A program made the position numbers and the translations under genes. From NCBI GenBank assembly GCA_030826765.1, contig JAUUDM010000012.1, positions 8,664 through 72,663 of the forward strand: a stretch of DNA of 64,000 bases. Reading direction: 5' to 3'. The stretch comes from Nautiliales bacterium (GTDB lineage: Bacteria > Campylobacterota > Campylobacteria > Campylobacterales > JAADDX01). Every line of letters starts with the position of its first letter. Within the stretch, counting starts at the first letter, position 1. Positions 7,950 through 18,059 of this stretch are shown piece by piece. The notes under the pieces are model-generated. The model made no database searches. It worked only from the letters and a program-made list of their open reading frames with translations, and was not told where the DNA came from.

Positions 7950-9011
7950 ATGAAATTAAAATTTACAAAATCAATAATAGAAAATAATTTAGCAATAGCA
8001 ATAAATTTTATAGAAAAAAAAGATAATTCACAAATAACATCTCATTTATTAATTAACGCAAAAGAGTATTTATCAATAAAAGCAACTGATAAAGAATTTG
8101 GTATTGAACTAAAAGATAAATCAACCGAAATTTTAGAAAAAGGAAAAGCTACAATTAATGGTAAAAAATTTTATGAAATAATTAAAGCTTTAAATGATGA
8201 TTTTATCTATTTAGAAATAGAAAACAATATAGCTACTATTACACAAAACAGTTCAGTTTATAAATTACCTGTATTTGATGCAAATGAATTTCCTGAATTT
8301 CCTATTATCGAAGATGCAAAAGAAATTATTATTGATCCTTTTATTTTTATAGACGGACTAAAAAAAATATTACCAGTAATAGATACAAATAATCCTAAAT
8401 ATGAATTAAATGGAGCTTTACTTAATATAAATGATAAAACAATAGATTTAGTATCAACAGATACAAAAAGATTGGCAATTGTTTCAACCCAAAACAGTAA
8501 TTCAAAAGAAATAGAACTTATAATACCAAAAAAAGCTATTTCTGAAATCAGAAAACTGTTTATTAATGATTTTAAACTGTTTTTTGATGGAATTAATTTA
8601 ATTATAAAATCTGAAAATATAAAATTTTTTACAAAACTTATAAATGGAAAATTTCCAAATTATCAAAGAATCATTCCAAGTAGTTATAAAACAATTATAA
8701 AATTAAATAAAAGTGAATTTATTAAAAAAATAAAACAAATAACTGTAATTTCAAATGAAGTTAAATTTATTATTAATAATAACATTTTAGAATTTAATTC
8801 TATTAGTGAAGAAACATTTGAAGCAAAAACACAAATGAATATAGAGAGTGATTTAGAAAACTTTATTTTTGCAGCAAATTCAAGATTTATTTTAGATTTT
8901 TTAAGTGTTATAGATAATGAAATATTTGAATTATGTCTAAATGATGCAAACATACCATTTACATTAAGAGATGGGGATTTTCAAACAATTATAATGCCAC
9001 TTAGTATATAA
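7950..9011 (+). CDS. dnaN: DNA polymerase III beta sliding clamp
   Basis: MKLKFTKSIIENNL... with beta-clamp features (ATDTKRLAI-like STDTKRLAIV, FPNYQRIIP). SD AAAGGGGA precedes ATG 7950. The 23 codons added in the ORF track (from 7881) cover the DnaA-box/AT-rich region. Confidence 0.9.
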   Translation: MKLKFTKSIIENNLAIAINFIEKKDNSQITSHLLINAKEYLSIKATDKEFGIELKDKSTEILEKGKATINGKKFYEIIKALNDDFIYLEIENNIATITQNSSVYKLPVFDANEFPEFPIIEDAKEIIIDPFIFIDGLKKILPVIDTNNPKYELNGALLNINDKTIDLVSTDTKRLAIVSTQNSNSKEIELIIPKKAISEIRKLFINDFKLFFDGINLIIKSENIKFFTKLINGKFPNYQRIIPSSYKTIIKLNKSEFIKKIKQITVISNEVKFIINNNILEFNSISEETFEAKTQMNIESDLENFIFAANSRFILDFLSVIDNEIFELCLNDANIPFTLRDGDFQTIIMPLSI

Positions 9012-9031
9012 AAGATAAAAGTAAAATTTGA

Positions 9032-11335
<2,304 letters not shown>

Positions 11336-11365
11336 AAAAGGTAGAAAACTTTCTATCTTTTTTAT

Positions 11366-12556
11366 TTAAAGTCCTGGCACTCTTGGTATTTTATTAAGTT
11401 TTGAATTTTTATAATACCATCCCCATCCTTTTTTCATCCAGTGACCAGCGATAGGAAGAGGTATCATTTTTGCTTTTTTATTATCACGATATACAAAAGC
11501 AGCTCCATTACCACTATCCATTAGACATAAAATATTTACATGACTTACATATTCTTTTCTTTTTTCTAAATTCTTTTCAATAGCCATTATATTAAATGCA
11601 GCAGCTTTAGCCATAACTTCTGCTAAATGACCCTGTTTTGCTCTCCAATCAGGTCCATCGATTGCTGCACTATCTCCAATTGCAAATATTTTATATTTTT
11701 CACTTGAAGTTTCATCAAAATCATGTATTACTTCACAATATTCATTAATTTTAATCAAACCGGCTTCATTTAAAGGAAGTCCACTATCTTTAAAAATTTC
11801 GTGTCCATTTCCAGCAGGTATAAACATTGTAAAATCACTCTCTATTTTAGAGTCATCTTCTAAAATAATACCATCTTTCACAAACTCTTTTATTTTTTTA
11901 CCTTTATAAGATTTTATATTTAATGTTTTAAACCATTTATCCATTGCATCAAGTGCTTTTTGTCCCATTCTTGCACCTGGTTTTGGCATTGGAGCGAAAA
12001 ATTTAAGTTCAAATTTATCTCTAATTCCTTTTTTCTTTAATAAATTGTGAATATTAAACAATACTTCAAAAGCAGGACCACCTCTAACATTAGAAGAATC
12101 TTTTGGATTTCCACCAAATCCAAATGCTATTTTTCCACTTCCTTTTGCAATTAATTCATCAATTCTTTTTTGAATTTCAATACTTTCTTCTGGTTTTCCA
12201 CAAATTGACAGGAAATTTTCATTACCTTTATGTTTCATTTTAGAAGCACCTAAAGCGATAATTAAATATTCAAAATTATCAAATGTCTCTTTTTCACATA
12301 TTACTTTTTTATTTTTTACATCAAGTTTTGTTACTTTATCTTGAATAAATTTAAATCCGTGAATTTTTGATAATTCTTCTAAATCTAAACAAGCATCTTC
12401 AAACTTTATCTCTTTTGTAGGAATCCAAATTGAAATAGGATATATATACATATAACTTCTATCACTAACTAATGTTACGTCAAATCCATATTTTCTCAAA
12501 AAAATAGCAGCTTCAAGACCGGCAAATCCACCACCTAAAATTAATACATTTTTCAT
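11366..12556 (-). CDS. FAD-dependent pyridine nucleotide-disulfide oxidoreductase (sulfide:quinone oxidoreductase / NDH-2 family)
   Basis: 396 aa with the N-terminal dinucleotide fold MKNVLILGGGFAGLEAA, a second GD motif (FAIGDSA) and an amphipathic C-terminus. Confidence 0.65.
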   Translation of the reverse strand: MKNVLILGGGFAGLEAAIFLRKYGFDVTLVSDRSYMYIYPISIWIPTKEIKFEDACLDLEELSKIHGFKFIQDKVTKLDVKNKKVICEKETFDNFEYLIIALGASKMKHKGNENFLSICGKPEESIEIQKRIDELIAKGSGKIAFGFGGNPKDSSNVRGGPAFEVLFNIHNLLKKKGIRDKFELKFFAPMPKPGARMGQKALDAMDKWFKTLNIKSYKGKKIKEFVKDGIILEDDSKIESDFTMFIPAGNGHEIFKDSGLPLNEAGLIKINEYCEVIHDFDETSSEKYKIFAIGDSAAIDGPDWRAKQGHLAEVMAKAAAFNIMAIEKNLEKRKEYVSHVNILCLMDSGNGAAFVYRDNKKAKMIPLPIAGHWMKKGWGWYYKNSKLNKIPRVPGL

Positions 12557-12640
12557 TATGGAGCCTTTATTGTAAAATTTTAATGGAAGTATACATCAAA
12601 AATTTTTATATTACAAGTATTTAAGTTGTTTAGAAAGTAG

Positions 12641-12669
12641 CCACTTTATCATAAGTATTGATAAAGTGG
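12641..12669 (-). terminator. Hairpin immediately downstream of the 12677-13549 gene (candidate intrinsic terminator)
   Basis: CCACTTTATCA-taagtat-TGATAAAGTGG, an 11-bp perfect stem, begins 8 nt after the stop. On the minus strand only a partial T-run follows. Confidence 0.45.
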
Positions 12670-12676
12670 TTTTAAA

Positions 12677-13549
12677 TTATTTAGAAAAGATTTTATCTTT
12701 GAAGTCTTTTAATTTTGCTTTAAGTGCATCGAATAATTTTTCAGCTTTGTTTTTACCTTTTATCTCTTTTCTAACTTTTTCTATAGCTTGATGAAGTGCT
12801 TTATAAGTAGTGCTTGAGTGGCTAACATAACCTAAAGCTTCAGATCTATTTAATTCTTCTTCAGCTGCTTGAAGATATTTTAGAGCATCTTCTTTTTTAC
12901 CTTTTTTAGAAAGTTCAGCTGAAATATTGATTAAATTTGTAGCTTTAACAAGTGGTAATGGAATAATTGTTGTTGTTTTATTAAAAGTATTTAAAGCTAT
13001 ATCTAAAACTTCTTTAGCTTTATTTATTTTGTTATCACTAATATATTTAGCTGCAAGTTTTAGTGCATTTGGATATGTTGTAAGTGGTAAACTAACTACA
13101 TCTATATCAATTTCACTTTTTAAAGTATTTAAAAGTGTACGAGCTTCTTGAACTCTATTTTTATTTAAAAGAGTTTTTACATGGTTTACTACTTTTTTAA
13201 TATCTTTTACTGAACCTAAAAATTCTTCCATACTTATGTGTGAATTTATAGGCAACTCTTTTGGTGCATTTTTACTACTTAAAATAACTTCTAATTTACC
13301 AAGAGCTTTTTCTATATTTGCTAACGCCTGTTTTTTATCATTTTTGTTTAATGCTATTTCTGCTTTTGCTGCAAATTCTAAAGATTTGATAGCTTCTTTT
13401 ACTATTTGTGCTTGTGAATTAATTGCATTTTGCATACCTTTAGAAACAGCTATTTTGTTTGATTTTTCTATGTCCCCTCTATTTGTTTGAGCCATAAGTG
13501 AAGTTCCTAATAAAGATGCTAAAATAGTTGAAATTACGAATTTTTTCAT
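12677..13549 (-). CDS. Secreted all-helical protein, YfdX-like (tentative)
   Basis: 290 aa with a signal peptide (MKKFVISTILASLLGTSLMA). It is a repetitive helical A/K/L/E-rich sequence with LPL...AL..A..L motifs reminiscent of the YfdX family. The family assignment is from memory only. Confidence 0.4.
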   Translation of the reverse strand: MKKFVISTILASLLGTSLMAQTNRGDIEKSNKIAVSKGMQNAINSQAQIVKEAIKSLEFAAKAEIALNKNDKKQALANIEKALGKLEVILSSKNAPKELPINSHISMEEFLGSVKDIKKVVNHVKTLLNKNRVQEARTLLNTLKSEIDIDVVSLPLTTYPNALKLAAKYISDNKINKAKEVLDIALNTFNKTTTIIPLPLVKATNLINISAELSKKGKKEDALKYLQAAEEELNRSEALGYVSHSSTTYKALHQAIEKVRKEIKGKNKAEKLFDALKAKLKDFKDKIFSK

Positions 13550-13727
13550 AATTTATCTCCTTGTTGTTTTTTAGTTTTTGTAATTATACTAAATAAAATT
13601 TAGTTTGTCAAGCTAAACTTTATTTATATATTTTATATTATATCTAGTTCTGTTTTTATAATATCTTGCAAATATATATTTTTAAAGTTATAATAGTAAA
13701 AATAAGATTTATTAAGGTTAAATATTT

Positions 13728-15578
13728 ATGGAATTTAAGAGTGAACAAAAAGGGATTTTAACAATAAAAGATGTTGCAGATTTTTTTTGTATTTCAACTG
13801 CTACAGTTCGTAATTGGGTTAAGTGTGGGAATTTAAAAACAATCAAAGATACAAAAAATAAATTTTATTTAAAGGAAGTTAAAAAATTAAAAGAAAAAAT
13901 AAATAGTAATCAATTAAATAAATTAAATACTAGAGCAAATAAATCTAAATCAGATAAAACTTTTATGCCTGATGAGTATTTAAATGTAAATAGTGATATT
14001 TTTGAGATAATATCTTTTATTCACAAAAACAAAATAGATATTAAAACTGCATTATATTTATTAACAATTAATTTTTTAAAAAAACATAATATCAATAATA
14101 ATCAAATCAATAAAGAATTAAAAGTTTGGAAAAGTGAAATTAAAATAAAAGAGGAATACTCTTTTTTACTTAATTGTGAATTACCCAAAGAGAATGATGT
14201 TTTAGGTTTTATTTATCAATCTTTATTAAGTGAAGGAAAAAAATCTCAAAATGGCTCTTACTATACTCCTGAATCTATTGTAGAAAAAATAGTAGATGAG
14301 TATGTGAAAAAGGATTCTAAAGTGTTAGATCCTTGCTGTGGAAGTGGACAGTTTTTACTTTCATTTGCAAAAAAGATTGAAAATCCAGAAAATATTTATG
14401 GATTTGATATTGATGAAATAGCTGTGAAAATAGCAAGAATCAATTTACTTGTAAAATTTAAAGATAAAGATTTTACTCCAAATATCTTCTGTAAAAATAC
14501 ACTTTTTGAAACTAAAAGTTGTAAAATAAAATTTGATGTAATAGCTACAAATCCACCTTGGGGAGCTCATTTTTCAAAAGAAGATATCAAAAAATTAAAA
14601 ATTTTATATCCTAAGATTAAATCTTTTGAATCTTTTTCTTATATTTTAAATAGAAGTATTGAGTTATTAAATGATAAAGGAGTTATCTCTTTTATTCTTC
14701 CAGAATCTATATTAAATGTAAAAACACATAAAGATATAAGAGAAATAATATTAAAAAAGACTAAAATTAAAAATATTTATTATCTTGGTAGAGTTTTTAA
14801 AAATGTTTTTACTCCTGTAATTCGTTTGGATTTAGTAAAAGATGAAATTAAAGAGACTAAAATTATTAAAGAAAATGAAACTTATGAGATAAATCAATCA
14901 GTTTGGCAAAAGAATCAAGATTTTGTTTTTAATATTCACGCAAATAGTATGGATATTGATATTATAAATAGGGTTTATAGTATAAAACATACAACTTTAG
15001 AAAATAGTGCTGATTGGGCTTTGGGAATAGTAACTGGAAATAATAAAAAGTATGTTGTTTCTAAAAAACAAGAAGGGGTTGAGGCTGTTTATAAAGGAAA
15101 GGATGTAGATAAATTTGTTTTAAAGAAACCGACAAATTATATTTTATTTACCCCTGAAGTTTTTCAACAAGTTGCTCCTATTTATAAATATAGAGTAAAA
15201 GAGAAATTAATTTATAAATTTATTTCAAAAAATTTAGTTTTCGCTTATGATGATAAAGGACAACTTACACTAAATAGTGCAAATATAGTTATTCCAAAAT
15301 TAGAAAATTATCCAATAAAAGTAATTGCTGCCCTTTTTAATTCAACTTTATATCAATTTATATTTCAAAAAAAGTTTGCAAGTATAAAGGTATTAAGAAG
15401 TCATATAGAGCAATTACCACTGCCTTTGTGGAATAAAAAAACTTTTGATGAAATAACTATTTTTGTAGATGAAATTATAGAAGGAAAAGATAGTTTTGAA
15501 AAGCTTGATAATTATATTTTTAGAAAGTTTAAATTTTCCAAAAAAGAGATAGAATATATTAAAAGTTTTGTAAGGTAG
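13728..15578 (+). CDS. N6-adenine DNA methyltransferase (gamma class, Eco57I/TaqI-like) with N-terminal HTH domain
   Basis: 616 aa. It has a MerR/excisionase-type HTH (LTIKDVADFFCISTATVRNWVKCGNL), SAM motif I (VLDPCCGSGQFLL), motif IV (ATNPPWG) and a TaqI-like C-terminal specificity region (GIVTGNNKKY...LNSANIV...). Confidence 0.85.
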   Translation: MEFKSEQKGILTIKDVADFFCISTATVRNWVKCGNLKTIKDTKNKFYLKEVKKLKEKINSNQLNKLNTRANKSKSDKTFMPDEYLNVNSDIFEIISFIHKNKIDIKTALYLLTINFLKKHNINNNQINKELKVWKSEIKIKEEYSFLLNCELPKENDVLGFIYQSLLSEGKKSQNGSYYTPESIVEKIVDEYVKKDSKVLDPCCGSGQFLLSFAKKIENPENIYGFDIDEIAVKIARINLLVKFKDKDFTPNIFCKNTLFETKSCKIKFDVIATNPPWGAHFSKEDIKKLKILYPKIKSFESFSYILNRSIELLNDKGVISFILPESILNVKTHKDIREIILKKTKIKNIYYLGRVFKNVFTPVIRLDLVKDEIKETKIIKENETYEINQSVWQKNQDFVFNIHANSMDIDIINRVYSIKHTTLENSADWALGIVTGNNKKYVVSKKQEGVEAVYKGKDVDKFVLKKPTNYILFTPEVFQQVAPIYKYRVKEKLIYKFISKNLVFAYDDKGQLTLNSANIVIPKLENYPIKVIAALFNSTLYQFIFQKKFASIKVLRSHIEQLPLPLWNKKTFDEITIFVDEIIEGKDSFEKLDNYIFRKFKFSKKEIEYIKSFVR

Positions 15579-15582
15579 ATAA

Positions 15583-16317
15583 ATGGAAGTGCTAAAAAAA
15601 GAGTTAACTAAAATTATTGAAACATTACCTAAAAATGAGCAGGAAATAATAAATGAAAAATTAAATAATTTAGTATCAGTTTATCCTTTTAATAAGTATG
15701 AGTATATTTTATCAATGCTTATTGGAATGAATAAAATAAGTTTTGATGAATATTTAGAAATTAGAAGTAATTATATTAAAAGAAATAAATATCTTCCAAT
15801 TTTTGAAATTTCAGCTCCAAGGACATTTGGGGAAGGAATAGAAAAGCATTTAAAAAAGATTGCACCAGGACTTCTAAAACCTACAAAAAAGTTAGATTCA
15901 ACTTATTCAGGAGAGTATGACCTTTTATATAAAATATCAAATAAAGAAAAAATAAAAATAGAAGTAAAGGCTTCAAGAGCAGTTAAGTATAAAAGTAAAG
16001 AGCCTTTATATCAAAAAGCTTTGTCTTGGGAATCAAATGCTTGTTTTGATATGAATTTTCAACAAATAAAACCAAAGTGTTGTGATGTGTTTATATGGGT
16101 TGGTATTTGGAAAGATGTTATAAAATATTGGGTTTTAGCATCAAAAGAGGTTGAAGAGAATAAATATTATTCAAAAGGTCAGCATAGAGGAAATAGTGGT
16201 GAAGGGCAATTACATTTAACAAATGAAAATATAGATGAATTTAAAAAGTATGAAGTAAAAGAAACAGAACTTATTGATAAAATAATTGAAGCTTATAATA
16301 GACAAAAATTAAAATAA
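15583..16317 (+). CDS. Putative PD-(D/E)xK restriction endonuclease partner of the adjacent methyltransferase
   Basis: 244 aa, starting 4 nt after the MTase stop. It has an E...D...ExK arrangement (FGEGIEKH; EYDLLY; IKIEVKAS). I recognise no named family. Confidence 0.5.
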   Translation: MEVLKKELTKIIETLPKNEQEIINEKLNNLVSVYPFNKYEYILSMLIGMNKISFDEYLEIRSNYIKRNKYLPIFEISAPRTFGEGIEKHLKKIAPGLLKPTKKLDSTYSGEYDLLYKISNKEKIKIEVKASRAVKYKSKEPLYQKALSWESNACFDMNFQQIKPKCCDVFIWVGIWKDVIKYWVLASKEVEENKYYSKGQHRGNSGEGQLHLTNENIDEFKKYEVKETELIDKIIEAYNRQKLK

Positions 16318-16384
16318 TTTGAAATAATTGAATATTTTTGATAAATTTTATTATAATAAACAAAATTTAGAAATAGGAGATAAA

Positions 16385-16657
16385 ATGAGTAAAAAATTTG
16401 ATGAACTTAGTTTGACTGATAAGCTTGAAGCAATACATCCAGTATTGAGCCAAAAAATTATGCCAATGCTTGCAATGGATGGTGGAGGAATGGAAGTAAT
16501 AGATGTAAAAGAAGCACCAAATGGTGATTTACAACTATTTATAAGATATCAAGGGGCTTGTTCTACTTGTAGTAGTGGAAATGCTACACTATTTGCTATT
16601 GAAGAGACTTTGAGAAAAGAACTTGATACAGATAAAGTAAGAGTGTTCCAAGTATAA
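16385..16657 (+). CDS. NifU/Nfu-type Fe-S cluster scaffold/carrier domain protein
   Basis: MSKKFDELS...LAMDGGGMEVIDV...RYQGACSTCSSGNATL carries the CxxC Nfu motif. SD AGGAGA lies 5 nt before ATG 16385. The ORF-track TTG-type extension from 16328 lacks an SD. Confidence 0.8.
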   Translation: MSKKFDELSLTDKLEAIHPVLSQKIMPMLAMDGGGMEVIDVKEAPNGDLQLFIRYQGACSTCSSGNATLFAIEETLRKELDTDKVRVFQV

Positions 16658-16665
16658 GGCTAAAA

Positions 16666-18054
16666 ATGAGACCATTATACAAAGAAGTTTATTCACTTGA
16701 TAAAAGATGTTATTCTCTTGGAATGAGTGAAGATGTATTGATGGAGAATGCTGCTTTAAATCTTTATAAAGAGATAAAAGAAAGAGGTTTAAAGTCAGTT
16801 TTAATTATTGCAGGTCCTGGAAATAATGGAGCTGATGGAATTGCTTTAGCAAGAATGCTTTTAGCTGAGGTAGATGTGTATCTGTTTTTGCCTCTTGGTG
16901 CAAAAAGTGAAATGGCAAAACTTCAGCTCACAAGATATAAAAATTTTGGTGGTGAATATTCTGAATTTAAGATGGATAATTCAAAAATCAAAAATTATGA
17001 ATGTTATGTGGATGCTATTTTTGGAAGTGGTTTAAAAAGAGAATTAGATAATAAAATTAATTCTATCATAAGAAGTATAAATAAAAAAGAAGGCTTTAAA
17101 ATTTCTTGTGATATTCCAACAGGACTTGATGATAATGGAAATAAAAAAGGTGAAGTTTTCAAAGCTGATGTAACAGTTACAATGGGTGCTGAAAAATTAT
17201 CTCTTTATAATGATACGGCAAAAGATTTTACTGGAATTATAAAAGTAGCTAATTTAGGAGTGAGTTTTAAAAATTATACACAAAAAAGTAACTATTTTGT
17301 ATTAGAAAAAAGGGATATGCTTTTGCCAATTCGAACAAAAAAAACAACTCATAAAGGAACTTATGGACATTTAGGTGTATTAGTGGGAGAAAAAGAGGGG
17401 GCTGGTGTAATTTCAGCACTTGCTGGGATTAATTTTGGAGCAGGGCTTGTAACAGCTGTTACAAAAGAAAAAATTCAAATTCCTTATGAAATTATGCATT
17501 CATATAGTATAGGAAACTATTCTGCACTTGCTTTTGGTATGGGGTTGGGTAACTTTTATGATGATGAATTAGAAGATATTTGTAAATTAAAAATTCCAAA
17601 AGTAGTTGATGCAGATATGTTTTATAAAAAAGAGATACTTCATTGTTTGAAAAAAAATAGTGTTTTAACTCCTCATCCAAAAGAGTTTGCCTCACTTCTT
17701 AAAATTTGTGAAATATGTGAATATTCAGTAAAAGAAATTCAAGAAAATAGATTTGAATTAGCTCTAAAATTTAGTCAAAAATATCCTGATGTTGTGTTAC
17801 TTTTAAAAGGTAGCAATACAATTATCTCTTATAAAAATCAACTTTATATAAATTCTTTTGGAACACAGGCTCTTAGCAAAGGTGGTAGTGGAGATGTTTT
17901 AGCCGGAATGATAGGTGCTCTTTTAGCACAAGGATATCATCCTCTAAAAGCAACGATTACAGCGAGTTTAGCTCACTCAATTGCCGGAGATATAAAACCT
18001 AATTATAATTTAACACCGTTAAAATTAATTGATAATTTAAAAGTATTAGACTAA
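16666..18054 (+). CDS. nnr: Bifunctional NAD(P)H-hydrate repair enzyme (epimerase / ADP-dependent dehydratase), YjeF family
   Basis: 462 aa with an N-terminal YjeF_N domain (GPGNNGADG) and a C-terminal carbohydrate-kinase-like domain (KGGSGDVLAGMIGALLAQG). Confidence 0.85.
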   Translation: MRPLYKEVYSLDKRCYSLGMSEDVLMENAALNLYKEIKERGLKSVLIIAGPGNNGADGIALARMLLAEVDVYLFLPLGAKSEMAKLQLTRYKNFGGEYSEFKMDNSKIKNYECYVDAIFGSGLKRELDNKINSIIRSINKKEGFKISCDIPTGLDDNGNKKGEVFKADVTVTMGAEKLSLYNDTAKDFTGIIKVANLGVSFKNYTQKSNYFVLEKRDMLLPIRTKKTTHKGTYGHLGVLVGEKEGAGVISALAGINFGAGLVTAVTKEKIQIPYEIMHSYSIGNYSALAFGMGLGNFYDDELEDICKLKIPKVVDADMFYKKEILHCLKKNSVLTPHPKEFASLLKICEICEYSVKEIQENRFELALKFSQKYPDVVLLLKGSNTIISYKNQLYINSFGTQALSKGGSGDVLAGMIGALLAQGYHPLKATITASLAHSIAGDIKPNYNLTPLKLIDNLKVLD

Positions 18055-18059
18055 AAAGA

